Source: an uncultured Gammaproteobacteria bacterium
GTDB lineage: Bacteria > Patescibacteriota > Microgenomatia > UBA12405 > JAHJSD01
DNA length: 64,000 nt
NCBI GenBank assembly: GCA_964428655.1
Contig: CAYRYE010000001.1
Span: forward strand, 73,328-137,327
Reading direction: 5' to 3'
Shown: positions 42,467 through 51,882 of the stretch, piece after piece
How positions within the stretch are numbered: the stretch's first letter is position 1
Layout: the number at the start of each line of letters is the position of its first letter
Notes under the pieces: generated by a model
The model's database searches: none
What the model was told of the DNA's origin: nothing
Seen by the model: only the letters and a program-made list of their open reading frames with translations
Translations under genes and position numbers: made by a program

Positions 42467-42475
42467 TTTTTTGTT

Positions 42476-43633
42476 TTAGCCAGTTAGACCATAGATAAAA
42501 CCAGCTAAAGTGGTTAAGACAACAATTGAACCTGCATAAACCAGCATTTTTTTAGTACCGATTAGCTTTCTGATAACCAAAAGCCCTTGTAGTGACAAAA
42601 CGGGGTCGGCTAGCATGTAAGCCATTAAAGGGCCTTTACTCATACCTAGCTTCATAAAGTTTTCAGCTATTGGTACTTCTACTAAAGCTGGAAAGTAGGC
42701 CAAGGCTCCAAACATAACAGCAATAAAGTTGGTAAGTAAATTGTTTTGACTGGCTATAGCCTGGAATTGTTCTTTGGGAATAAGATGGGTAATAGTAGCC
42801 GCAAAAAACACACCCACTAAAAGTAAGGGTACAATCTGACTGACAAATTTAATTGTTTCATTCCACCAATCACCTCTTTTTTCTTTAGATAGCCAGGAAA
42901 AAGTCATTATCAACTGCAACAATACTAGGGGAAGAATTAAGATATATCTTAAATTACTGCCGATAGGGGCTGTGCCAACTACCAGAATTGCCAGCATTAT
43001 TCCCCAGAACCAGACATTTTTGGGACCTTTAAGGCTACTAGCGTCTTGATTTACCACCTGAAGGTTTCCGTCTTCTTTGCCATTTCCAAAAACAAGTTCC
43101 ATTATCAAGCCAACCGAAATAGCAAATATAACTGAGAGGATAAATCTGACAATACTAAATTCCCAGCCGATTCTCTGGCCAGTAAAAAGGATAGTGACAA
43201 TATTAAAGGCAGGGCCAGCGTAAAGAAGAGTAATAGCAATTCCCAAGCCAGCGCCTTTTTTCCAGATACCAGCAAATAAAGGCAAAATCGTGCAGGAGCA
43301 AACTTCAATTAAAAAACCTGTGGTGACAGCGATTAAATAGGCCAGCCATTTTTTGGTTTTACCGCTTAGATATTTTAGGATTGACTGTGAATCAATGAGG
43401 CTATTGATAGCTCCAGCAATAAAAAAGGCAGGAACTAAACAAAAAAGAACATGAGCAGAGAGATAGTCAACTAAGCCTAGCCAGCCTTGATAAACCGCAC
43501 CACCGATTAGGTTTTGAACTGATTCTTGAGCTAAAAAACCGCCTATTTGTTTCTGCCATAAATAGATGATTAAATAGGCACCTCCCAAAAGGCCCAAGAC
43601 CCAGTTTTTCTTAATGATTTTCATAAGATTCAT
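42476..43633 (-). CDS. ArsP-type (DUF318) permease
   Basis: HVLFCLVPAFFIAGAI, VCSCTILPLF, LYAGPA. Confidence 0.88.
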   Translation of the reverse strand: MNLMKIIKKNWVLGLLGGAYLIIYLWQKQIGGFLAQESVQNLIGGAVYQGWLGLVDYLSAHVLFCLVPAFFIAGAINSLIDSQSILKYLSGKTKKWLAYLIAVTTGFLIEVCSCTILPLFAGIWKKGAGLGIAITLLYAGPAFNIVTILFTGQRIGWEFSIVRFILSVIFAISVGLIMELVFGNGKEDGNLQVVNQDASSLKGPKNVWFWGIMLAILVVGTAPIGSNLRYILILPLVLLQLIMTFSWLSKEKRGDWWNETIKFVSQIVPLLLVGVFFAATITHLIPKEQFQAIASQNNLLTNFIAVMFGALAYFPALVEVPIAENFMKLGMSKGPLMAYMLADPVLSLQGLLVIRKLIGTKKMLVYAGSIVVLTTLAGFIYGLTG

Positions 43634-43636
43634 AGT

Positions 43637-43888
43637 TTATTTTTTCTCTTTCTGAATAAGTTTTTTAATTTTCTCTACATCGTCTACAGAACCTGCTATT
43701 GCTGGCTTACCATTTATTGCCAGCACAGGACTGGACATTACTCCCATATCTATCATTTTTTGAACACCTTCTTGACCTGTTAGATATTCAACTTCCTCTT
43801 TTAAGCCAGTTTCTTCAACAGCTTGTTTAGTTAGTTCGTATAGTTTTTTACAGGTTGGACAACCTGAGCCTAAGACTTGAATTTTCAT
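43637..43888 (-). CDS. Small redox-active thioredoxin (MTH895-like)
   Basis: MKIQVLGSGCPTC, GVMSSP. Confidence 0.9.
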   Translation of the reverse strand: MKIQVLGSGCPTCKKLYELTKQAVEETGLKEEVEYLTGQEGVQKMIDMGVMSSPVLAINGKPAIAGSVDDVEKIKKLIQKEKK

Positions 43889-44205
43889 TTTTTAACACCC
43901 CCTGCTTTAAGAAAGATTTGTAATTTATTAAGACCATCTTTAGTGAGGGAGTAAAAAACCTGACGAGCATCTTTGCCTTGACGTTTCTTAATCCAGCCAG
44001 TTTCAACTAAATCTGATAAATGGTGGGAGATAAGGCTTTGTTCTTTTTCCAGGCAGTTTTGAATTTCGCAAACACAATGTTCTCTGTTTAAGAGAATAAG
44101 AAGAATTTTTAGTTTAGTCTTTGTAGATAAAGTTTTGGCTACCGTTAACAAAGACTCTGTTGTTTTAGGGTCTAGTAAACCACAATTACATGAACAGTTA
44201 TTCAT
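43885..44205 (-). CDS. arsR: ArsR/SmtB family repressor
   Basis: HCVCEI, QSLISHHL, FYSLT. Confidence 0.88.
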   Translation of the reverse strand: MNNCSCNCGLLDPKTTESLLTVAKTLSTKTKLKILLILLNREHCVCEIQNCLEKEQSLISHHLSDLVETGWIKKRQGKDARQVFYSLTKDGLNKLQIFLKAGGVKK

Positions 44206-44295
44206 ATAATCTATTATATTACTCAAGCTGGATTAGTCAACACACGTTGGTTTTAACAGAGGGAAGTACTGTAGTTTGAGTGTTGTTATTTTGAA

Positions 44296-44449
44296 TTAAA
44301 GTCTTACAAACTCTCCATTACTTACTTTCACCACTGCATACTTTGGTTTAGACACTAAGACCCTGTTAAGAACCTCTAACTGGTTTTTCACTCTTGCCAA
44401 AGACTCACCAGAGAAGATGTCATAGAGAACAAATGGGGAACCTGGGAGC
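44296..44449 (-). repeat. att junction A1 with start-less integrase tail (copy 1)
   Basis: 154-bp repeat of 46026-46179; LPGSPFVLYDIFSG...VRL*; begins at GGGAGC. Confidence 0.8.
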
Positions 44450-44526
44450 TCTGTATTTTTCCTCAAGTAGTGTGGATGACCCGAATGGGATGCTCGAACC
44501 TTTGGTTGGTGTAGAATTGAGGAAAT

Positions 44527-44961
44527 ATGGTGAAAAGAATTTGGGATAAAGAAAACAAATATCTTGGTGGGTTGGTGAAAGAGTTTGATCATTGGGTGTG
44601 GGAGGTGAGTTATCGTCAGCACACTTTGGGATGCTTTATTTTATTTGCTAAGCGATCAGTTGAGAGGATCAGTGAGTTAAGACCCAAAGAGTTAATTTCT
44701 TTGGGGGGTGTGATGAGAGAAGTAGAGGATGCGCTAAGTAAGATTAAGGTGTTTAGACCCGATAGGTTTAATTACTGGCAGATGGGAAATGGTCTTCCTC
44801 ACCTACATTTTCATGGATTCCCTAGATATGAGAAGCCGAGATACTTTGATGGCAAAAAATGGATAGATAAAACTTGGGGAACTGTGCCTATGTGGTTGAG
44901 AAAAGATGTTAGTCGCTCTTTAGTTGAGAAGATTAAAGAAGAGATTGTGTTTCATTTGTAG
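44527..44961 (+). CDS. HIT family protein
   Basis: NY..MGN..PHLHFH histidine triad. Confidence 0.88.
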   Translation: MVKRIWDKENKYLGGLVKEFDHWVWEVSYRQHTLGCFILFAKRSVERISELRPKELISLGGVMREVEDALSKIKVFRPDRFNYWQMGNGLPHLHFHGFPRYEKPRYFDGKKWIDKTWGTVPMWLRKDVSRSLVEKIKEEIVFHL

Positions 44962-44989
44962 ATGTGACCGCTGATTTTAAGCAAAGCAG

Positions 44990-45016
44990 GTTCTTACTTC
45001 CTCTATTGCGGGGAGC
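44990..45016. other. att junction A2
   Basis: GTTCTT-N15-GGGAGC; minus strand LLPAIEEVRTCFA*. Confidence 0.75.
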
Positions 45017-45054
45017 AGTAATGACATTTTGGGTAGTCTTTTAACGCCTCAATC

Positions 45055-46014
45055 TTAATAAAAATAATACCCATCCTCTTTTTTTATAACCGCATAAGTA
45101 TTACAGTAAGTTCTATTTCCCAGCCAAGGACCTGTCGGCTGGTCTTGGGTTCGTTCCCAATTTATTCCATCAGTTGAAATAGCTTTTACAGGGTACCTTA
45201 AATTAGAACCTGGCTTATTATCGGCAGGAACATGGCCTCCGTATGCGGAGTAATAATCTCCTTCATCAACTATCGCAAACTGGAAACTAAAAGGTGTTTG
45301 TATTCTAAATCTTTTAGTGAAGTATCTTCCGTCTGCTGATTCCAAAACATCAGCCTCATCAAGATTTTCCGTGCGGGTATAAATATAATACCTTTTGGAA
45401 TTTTTTTCATAAAGAACAGTAAAATCCACAGCTTCCAAATCAATCCCTTGTGCCCCAGTAATTTTTCCTTCAAAAAAATAGGTGTGACCATCTTGTGAAT
45501 ATGCGCTTAATAAGAAAGCGGTACCGTGACAACCATCTTTTCCATCAGTAAAATACATCCTGTAACCACCTTCCGGAAGCTCAACAAGGGTTGGGTCTCC
45601 ACACGCTATTATGTCTTGGTCAAGGTTGTTTATTTCGGGTTTGAACTTTGAGAAGTTCCAACCGTCACGACTTTGCAAGAAGCCAACACCTTTTATACCA
45701 TGGCCAGTTTGTTTGTCTTCAATCCCATTGCGGTCGGAAAAATCAAGTCCAGCCAAAATAATTGTGCCGTCTCTTAAGAGAATCCCGCTTGAGCCACCCC
45801 AAAGGCATCCCACAGCGCCTCGTTTTTCAAAATTAATTCCATTGGAACTATAGCAAGCTCCTATTACTTTAAAATTCCCCGGTAAATATCTTAAAAATAT
45901 CCTGAATATAGAATGATGAGAATTACTAGTTAAAAAAATTTCAACTATAACAAAACAAAAAACAATTACTAAAAAAATAATTATGCTGTATAGATTTTTT
46001 ATTTTTTTAGACAT
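45055..46014 (-). CDS. Membrane-anchored beta-propeller, glycoside hydrolase-like
   Basis: Repeated S.DG..W/F boxes; DPTLVELPEGGYRMYF. Confidence 0.7.
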   Translation of the reverse strand: MSKKIKNLYSIIIFLVIVFCFVIVEIFLTSNSHHSIFRIFLRYLPGNFKVIGACYSSNGINFEKRGAVGCLWGGSSGILLRDGTIILAGLDFSDRNGIEDKQTGHGIKGVGFLQSRDGWNFSKFKPEINNLDQDIIACGDPTLVELPEGGYRMYFTDGKDGCHGTAFLLSAYSQDGHTYFFEGKITGAQGIDLEAVDFTVLYEKNSKRYYIYTRTENLDEADVLESADGRYFTKRFRIQTPFSFQFAIVDEGDYYSAYGGHVPADNKPGSNLRYPVKAISTDGINWERTQDQPTGPWLGNRTYCNTYAVIKKEDGYYFY

Positions 46015-46025
46015 TGGCAAATCAA

Positions 46026-46179
46026 TTATAGTCGAACAAGCTCTCCATTGCTAACTTTTACCACCGCATACTTTGGTTTTGCAATTAAGACTCTATTAAG
46101 AACTTCTAACTGATTCTTTACCCTCGCTAAAGACTCTCCAGAGAAGATGTCATAGAAGACAAATGGGGAACCTGGAAAC
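46026..46179 (-). repeat. att junction A3 with start-less integrase tail (copy 2)
   Basis: 45/50 aa identical to A1 tail; degenerate core GGAAAC. Confidence 0.8.
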
Positions 46180-46646
46180 TAGAGAGAGGTTGTTTTGAAT
46201 TTTTTTTCGTCTACCCAAGACAGAATGGAAAATAGAATAATTAAAATAAAGCCAGGAAGCAGGTGGTTTCTCCACCCAGGACCTAGAAGTTTCTGAACAC
46301 CAAATGTTACAGGAACCATAAAAAGTATTGCTATTACTGCAATATGATTATCTCCTTTAACATTAGATTTTTTATCAAGACTTAGGAGTTTTCCAACAAT
46401 TTTCAGAAACACAAATAGCAAAACTAAATATATTGGGAGGGCAAAAATAAAATATGAACGATAGCTGATTGCGAAAATTTCAGAAAATCTTGTTGCTAAA
46501 AAATGGTCCCACGGTTGTTCTGTGGCGAAGGCACTAAAGTCTTTTTGAAAGAAAATTACTCTAAGCCAGTTAAAAAGAATTAAAGAAACATTTATGACAT
46601 AAAGAAGAAGAAAGGGAATCTTGGCAATTTTGGAATTTATGCCCAT
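46179..46646 (-). CDS. Four-TM hypothetical protein
   Basis: Hydrophobic 155-aa ORF; stop codon abuts A3 core. Confidence 0.7.
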   Translation of the reverse strand: MGINSKIAKIPFLLLYVINVSLILFNWLRVIFFQKDFSAFATEQPWDHFLATRFSEIFAISYRSYFIFALPIYLVLLFVFLKIVGKLLSLDKKSNVKGDNHIAVIAILFMVPVTFGVQKLLGPGWRNHLLPGFILIILFSILSWVDEKKFKTTSL

Positions 46647-46721
46647 TAATTAATTTATACAACATTAATGATAATTTTTCTACTTAAATTGTTGCCTTGG
46701 GGGAAATTAGGTACTAAAGAG

Positions 46722-46768
46722 GTTCGAACATTTTCCATTACCCTGAGCAAAGTGTACGAACTTAGAAG
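46722..46768. other. att junction A4
   Basis: GTTCGA-N15-CTGAGC with flanking inverted repeat; minus strand LLRVMENVRTSL... Confidence 0.65.
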
Positions 46769-46789
46769 CTATTTTGATATACTTCAGGT

Positions 46790-47524
46790 GTGAACAAAGT
46801 TTATCGCCAAGGACTAATAAACAAGATAGATAAAGCGATCAAAGACGCCTCGCTCGTATCACCAGAGTTGGAACATAAGTATCTAATTGGCAAGTATAAA
46901 GAGATTCTCTTAGGTCAACTGATCAACCCTTTTTTGGCCTCTCAGTATAACACCGGATCGGGAAAGATAGTCGATTTCCAAAATCATATCTCTAGCGAAG
47001 TTGATATTGTGATTTATTCGAAAGGATTAATTCCACCTCAACTATTCTCATCAGGTTTTGGTGTTTATCCTTCAGAAAGTGTTTTGTCTTGCATTGAAGT
47101 AAAGAGTAATCTAGACGGCGCCGAACTAAAAAGCGTTTTTGATAAATATAAAAAAATTAAAAATGAAATAAAATACTCAGCCGGCAAATTTGATAAACAC
47201 GACAAACCTATCAATCATCTTCTTTCAAACTTCTCTAGAGATGTTTTTGCCTTTAAATCAATAGATAATATTTTTAATAAGTACAAGGAAATAGATACTG
47301 CTTGGGATAGCGATGAACCAATAGTAAATAGTTTTTGTGTTGTTGGTCGGGGTTGGTGGGGGTTTTGTGATAAGAAGTGGAAATTTGTACCGGCAGATGA
47401 ACACCACGAAGAAGTTATTAAATTTCTTTCTACATTAATCAATACCCTACCTAAAGTAGCAAAAAGTAGAGGATGTCCTAGGATAGACCAATACTTAAAT
47501 GTTGGTGAGGCAAAGGAACTATAA
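46790..47524 (+). CDS. DUF6602-like restriction-endonuclease-fold protein
   Basis: G...E, GKIVD, EVDIVIY, P.ESV...IEVKS.L. Confidence 0.75.
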   Translation: MNKVYRQGLINKIDKAIKDASLVSPELEHKYLIGKYKEILLGQLINPFLASQYNTGSGKIVDFQNHISSEVDIVIYSKGLIPPQLFSSGFGVYPSESVLSCIEVKSNLDGAELKSVFDKYKKIKNEIKYSAGKFDKHDKPINHLLSNFSRDVFAFKSIDNIFNKYKEIDTAWDSDEPIVNSFCVVGRGWWGFCDKKWKFVPADEHHEEVIKFLSTLINTLPKVAKSRGCPRIDQYLNVGEAKEL

Positions 47525-47556
47525 ATTGTAAAAGTTGATTATTCTCAATTATCCAG

Positions 47557-47585
47557 TTTCGAAGACTGTATACTGTCGGGAGCCA
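47557..47585. other. att junction A5
   Basis: TTTCGA-N15-GGGAGCCA; minus strand WLPTVYSLRNWII... Confidence 0.8.
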
Positions 47586-47703
47586 GCGTACTTTTAGCAA
47601 AACTTCAGAAAATAATGAATACCACGGCCAATTAGAACATAAGATTTGAAAAGATGTTTGAAAAAGTTTAGTTTGAGAGATTATTGTTTGGTAAAATTGA
47701 GAC

Positions 47704-49155
47704 ATGAAAAGTTTCCTGAAAAAGCATTCCTTTTTAATTGCGGTATTTGCTATTTTGTTACTTAGTGCTTTTTTCAGATTTCGAAGTTACACAAAAAGAA
47801 TTGCTTTTGATTCCGATCAGGGCAGAGATGCCCTAATTTCGCGTCAAATTGTGGAAGGAAAAAGTTTTCCTCTTGTTGGATCGCCTTCTTCTGGAGGACC
47901 TTTTTCGTATGGCCCTTGGTATTACTGGATTCTATCTTTATCTTTTGTTTTCAACCAAAATTTTCTATTAGCTCCATGGCTTATTACCACAATAATCTCA
48001 ATTTTTTTTGTTCTGGTTATGATCATTGTTGGCCGTTACTTAGATGGGAAAATACTGGCTTTGGTTTCAGGTTTGTTGGCATCATTCTCTATGGCGGAAA
48101 TAAGGGTTTCTGCTCATCTGGCCAATATTTCTATGGTAAGTCTTTTTTCGGCATTATCAGTTTTAAACGTTATTTTGCTAATTAGATTTAAAAACTCTCT
48201 TTATTCTTTTTTTATTGGATTTTTTTGTTCAATGGCAATTAATATGCACTTTTCAGCACTTTTATTCGTGCCTATATTAATAGCTCCAATTTTTGCTGGT
48301 AAAAAAAGGGTTTTTGTCAATACTCTCTTTTCATTTTTCGGCTTTTTAATTCCCTTTGTGCCTTTGATTATTGTGAACGCTAATCATTCCTGGGTAATGT
48401 TAAGGAATATGGTAGATTTTTTTCTTCATGGAAAATCTAATCTTTGGGTTAGTAATCGTTGGTTAACTTATGCTTTACAATTTTGGCCTCAGCAGTGGGC
48501 AGATATTGTTGGGGGAACAAAACTAACTTCTTTTTTAATTATTTTCTTTTTGGGATTTTTTTTGTTGAAAGACATTACAAAAAAGGGGCTAAAGCAAAAA
48601 ATCGTTCCTTTTATAGTAATTTTTTTCCTTCAAGTTGTTCTTCTCAGGTATTGGACTGGTGAAAGGCAGGCAGTTTGGCTATTGTTTTTTAATCCTCTGG
48701 TAATTATTTTTACTAGTTGGGTTATTCTTAAATTAATAAAAGCAAATGTTTTTTTAGGCTTTCTTTTTATTGGCCTTCTTGTATTTAGAAGTTATGAAAA
48801 CAATCTCTATCATTGGAATTATGTCAATCAGCTTGAGAAAATATCTCTTCTAAAAGAGAATATTCTTTCCGATAAACCAGAAGGCAAAATTTCTCTCTAC
48901 GAGTGTCCCGGACATAGTGCTGGTCGGGACACAACATTACCCTTGCTTTATTTACTTGAAATTGAGGATAAAATTGACCAGAGGGGATTTCCAGTAGTTG
49001 TTAGTTCTAATGATTTTGAAGATGAGAGATTTTTAGAAAGCAAAAAGGCTTCATCAAATATTTTCATTTTTCAGGACAAGAAATTTTTACCTCAAGATTG
49101 TTATTTTATAGATCAAGAGCGCATATATAAAGAAACAATAGAAATAAATCTTTGA
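47704..49155 (+). CDS. ArnT/PMT-like GT-C glycosyltransferase
   Basis: DQGRD, PLVGSP, GPWYYW, many TM helices. Confidence 0.85.
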   Translation: MKSFLKKHSFLIAVFAILLLSAFFRFRSYTKRIAFDSDQGRDALISRQIVEGKSFPLVGSPSSGGPFSYGPWYYWILSLSFVFNQNFLLAPWLITTIISIFFVLVMIIVGRYLDGKILALVSGLLASFSMAEIRVSAHLANISMVSLFSALSVLNVILLIRFKNSLYSFFIGFFCSMAINMHFSALLFVPILIAPIFAGKKRVFVNTLFSFFGFLIPFVPLIIVNANHSWVMLRNMVDFFLHGKSNLWVSNRWLTYALQFWPQQWADIVGGTKLTSFLIIFFLGFFLLKDITKKGLKQKIVPFIVIFFLQVVLLRYWTGERQAVWLLFFNPLVIIFTSWVILKLIKANVFLGFLFIGLLVFRSYENNLYHWNYVNQLEKISLLKENILSDKPEGKISLYECPGHSAGRDTTLPLLYLLEIEDKIDQRGFPVVVSSNDFEDERFLESKKASSNIFIFQDKKFLPQDCYFIDQERIYKETIEINL

Positions 49156-49289
49156 TAACAGTTTTTTATTATTGCTGGATATAGGGATCTCTTTTATGGG
49201 TTATCTAATTCGAAAACCGTCCCCTTCCAGAGGCGAGCAGGGGCTGGTAGACTTTGTTAAAACCCCATATTTGGTATAATAGGACTAAA

Positions 49290-49652
49290 ATGTCACCACT
49301 AGAAATAATAGAGGATGGGCGAGTAGTTAAGAGATATTCTAACGATGAAGGATTGAATCAAAACCGTTGGGCAGGAACGTTTGGATGTTTTTCTGTCCAA
49401 TGTGTCTCCTCAGCAATTTGCCGTGGTGGGGCAGAAAGGCAAAGAGTTGAATCACCCCATCCAAGACAACCAAAGAGGGTCGTTACTCCCGTTGGAAATT
49501 TTCCTAGAATAATAAGGGGATTTCAGGAAACAGAGAAGAGGCCAGATGGTCATCATTTTCACGGGTGGTCCCTGGGTGTAGAAACTACCGATCGAACTTT
49601 TGAAGTAACTCCTCGCGGGAAAAAAAGAACACTCCGGTTTACTAGGGAATAA
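49290..49652 (+). CDS. Orphan Arg-rich protein
   Basis: TATAAT upstream of ATG 49290; 120 aa. Confidence 0.5.
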   Translation: MSPLEIIEDGRVVKRYSNDEGLNQNRWAGTFGCFSVQCVSSAICRGGAERQRVESPHPRQPKRVVTPVGNFPRIIRGFQETEKRPDGHHFHGWSLGVETTDRTFEVTPRGKKRTLRFTRE

Positions 49653-49730
49653 AGTGCCCAACCTTCCACGCTTTTGCTCGTAAATGCAGGCATCGGGTGA
49701 ACAGAACTTCATTAATCAACCACAAACGAG

Positions 49731-49757
49731 GTTCTGACTTGGTCTAATGCAGGGAGC
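49731..49757. other. att junction A6
   Basis: GTTCTG-N15-GGGAGC; minus strand MLPALDQVRTSFVVD*; similar to A2. Confidence 0.75.
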
Positions 49758-49781
49758 ATCTAGGTATGCTAAAATGAACTA

Positions 49782-50180
49782 GTGGAGCTTCAAGTAGGGG
49801 TTAAGATTTTACTTAAGAATAATGAGGGAAAATATCTTATTGTTCACAGATTGTTAGAAAAGTATCCTGGTGCGAAAGGGTCTTGGGATATTCCCGGAGG
49901 AAGAATTAATAGGGGAGAAACTCTCTTGGCAAACCTAAAAAGAGAGGTTAGAGAAGAGACAGGACTAGCTCTTATTGAAACACCGGAAATATTTGGTGTT
50001 CAAGACATCCTAAGAGTGAAGAACAAACATATAATAAGATTGACTTATCAGGGCTTAACTAACGGAAAAGTGAATCTTAGCGAAGAGCATGATGATTATC
50101 TCTGGTTGTCTTTAGATAAGTTAAAATTTTTTCCAGACCTTGATGTTTATTTAAAAAATCTTCTAATTAGTAAATTGTAA
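49782..50180 (+). CDS. NUDIX hydrolase
   Basis: WDIPGG...GE......REVREETGL, LSEEH. Confidence 0.92.
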   Translation: MELQVGVKILLKNNEGKYLIVHRLLEKYPGAKGSWDIPGGRINRGETLLANLKREVREETGLALIETPEIFGVQDILRVKNKHIIRLTYQGLTNGKVNLSEEHDDYLWLSLDKLKFFPDLDVYLKNLLISKL

Positions 50181-50206
50181 AGGCGATATCATTTCTAACA
50201 ATCCAG

Positions 50207-50232
50207 TTTCGAAGCTTGTATGCCGTGGGGAG
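50207..50232. other. att junction A7
   Basis: TTTCGA-N15-GGGAG; minus strand LLPTAYKLRNWIV...; shares ATCCAGTTTCGAAG with A5. Confidence 0.75.
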
Positions 50233-50263
50233 TAAATTTTCAAATTGATCTTTCCAAAGTGCA

Positions 50264-51199
50264 TCAGGTTTCTCTGATGCACTTCCCGACGGTAAATAGC
50301 GTGTCGCCAGTTCGTACTAAATCCCTGTCCTTAAGAACAATTAGCTGCCCCGTAAAGGGTGATTTAACTTTGCTTTTCTCAAAATTCTTAATAGAGACTA
50401 TTTCACCTATAATCTCGTTCTTTTTAACCTTATCCATTAAATTCTTTCTTGGGATGAAAAGCCCGGCGGTGTCTGTTTGTACCTGGTGCCTTTCAAAAAC
50501 TGGAATTTTGTTCTGTGCTAATCTGACTTTCTGATCTGTCATCCCAAGTGATGATAAGACATTGATTAATCCCCTTACGACTTTATCTAGCTGTTCCTCT
50601 CTAATTCGAAAATGTTCAGGCATCTCAAGAGCAAAATTAGTAATGCCTTTCTCTGCTAATTTTGGACCCAGCGACCCGGACAGCTTTATTTCCCTTTTTG
50701 TTTTAGAATCCAAACGCCAAATTATGTCCGGCTTGAAAGTCTTAATGAATCTTAGTGACTCTTTTTTTGTTTTACTACTGCCGTGATTCATGAAAATGGC
50801 TACGATTGGCGAGGGATCCTCAAAAGTGTGAAGATCAATAACCAGATTGCATTTTTGTGCTTCGACAAAAATTTTGGCCGCCAATCGAGACGTGAACTCC
50901 TTCTCTATTTTTCCCGGAAAAGCGCGATTTAGATCTTTGAGGCCAATCGGGTCCATTCTCTTTTTTAAACCCTGAGCTAATGGATTAGCAGCAGCGATGA
51001 TATTCAGCTCTCCAGTTTTTAGATCGAGTTTTTCTAATACCCTTCTAATTACGAATAATCCGCTAATTTCGTTTCCGTGAATTCCACACAGTAAAAGCAC
51101 CTTCGGTTTGCCCGAGCCAATTTTTATCAATGGAATGTTGATATCAATCGTTCCTATCTCACCAATTTTAAGTTTTGAAATTTTCTTTTCCATTTTCAT
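50264..51199 (-). CDS. Succinylglutamate desuccinylase/aspartoacylase (M14-like) hydrolase
   Basis: HGNE, DLNRAFPG, IDLH, LEM; no Tyr residues. Confidence 0.9.
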   Translation of the reverse strand: MKMEKKISKLKIGEIGTIDINIPLIKIGSGKPKVLLLCGIHGNEISGLFVIRRVLEKLDLKTGELNIIAAANPLAQGLKKRMDPIGLKDLNRAFPGKIEKEFTSRLAAKIFVEAQKCNLVIDLHTFEDPSPIVAIFMNHGSSKTKKESLRFIKTFKPDIIWRLDSKTKREIKLSGSLGPKLAEKGITNFALEMPEHFRIREEQLDKVVRGLINVLSSLGMTDQKVRLAQNKIPVFERHQVQTDTAGLFIPRKNLMDKVKKNEIIGEIVSIKNFEKSKVKSPFTGQLIVLKDRDLVRTGDTLFTVGKCIRET

Positions 51200-51218
51200 G
51201 TTTACGCTTGCTATAATG

Positions 51219-51516
51219 AAAAACCGCCCTCGTGAAAACGCCTCGTTTGGGTGTTCTCTTCAAGGACGGTTTTACCGTGATACCACCTCGATTTCCTCAA
51301 ATGTCACCACTTGAGGCTCACAGAGTGCTTTGCTTCTAGACCTAAACAACACACTCTTGCTCTATTACGGGAGCCCCCGTTCCAGCTTACTGCAAATGCT
51401 CTTCAGCTGGACAGCTCAAGAGGGGTAATTCGATTAGTTTATTCGTCAAGCTTGCAACAACCGCTTGATCTCTAAATGTCACTAAACCTTTCTACTTAGC
51501 CTTCTGTCAATGCTTT
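51219..51516 (-). promoter_or_regulatory. T-box riboswitch, probable Tyr (UAC) specifier
   Basis: GAGGTGGTATCACGG (51275-51289), terminator, AGAGA bulge, GAA/AGTA Stem II, GAATTAC specifier loop; TTGACA/TAGAAT promoter. Confidence 0.88.
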
Positions 51517-51882
51517 TGATTATTTTCGTATTCATTCTACACTAACTAAGTTCCTTGTCAAGGAACTTGCAACTGGGGCTTTATGATTTGGGCAGGGAGG
51601 ATTGGGTTTATAGGGATGGTTTGGTTTCCCATGATTCAGAAGCAGGTTTGCTAGACTATCTGGCGAGATGGCTCGTTGTCTAAGGCAAGGCAGTGTTCTA
51701 TTGCCTTCCGAGCAAACATCCTATAGTTTGACAATGATGATTAGACGTGTTATTATTCTTTTTGTTAGCTTTAAATATTGATCAGTAGTTAATACTGATT
51801 TGAGTCGGTTTATTTGGTTTAGGTATTCGTATCTTCTCCTTTTTTGAATCGTCTCCTTTTAAAAGCCGTTAGTATATTAAAG

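Larger units (their letters stand above)
27165..44449. mobile_element. Integrated element at tRNA-Asn 3' end (right end tentative)
   Basis: Integrase abuts tRNA; excisionase-like HTHs, RM and ars cargo; first convincing GGGAGC junction at 44444-44449. Confidence 0.75.

Noticed and set aside
44296-44622. 108-aa minus-strand ORF as a real gene
   Set aside because: 5' part is antisense to the HIT gene; only the segment from LP onward is duplicated, so it is treated as an att tail.
47478-47705. 75-aa minus-strand ORF as a real gene
   Set aside because: Spans junction A5 and overlaps both neighbours; better explained as an att remnant.
51369-51374. GGGAGC as another att core
   Set aside because: Lies in T-box Stem IIA/B pairing; no N15 motif or tail frame.
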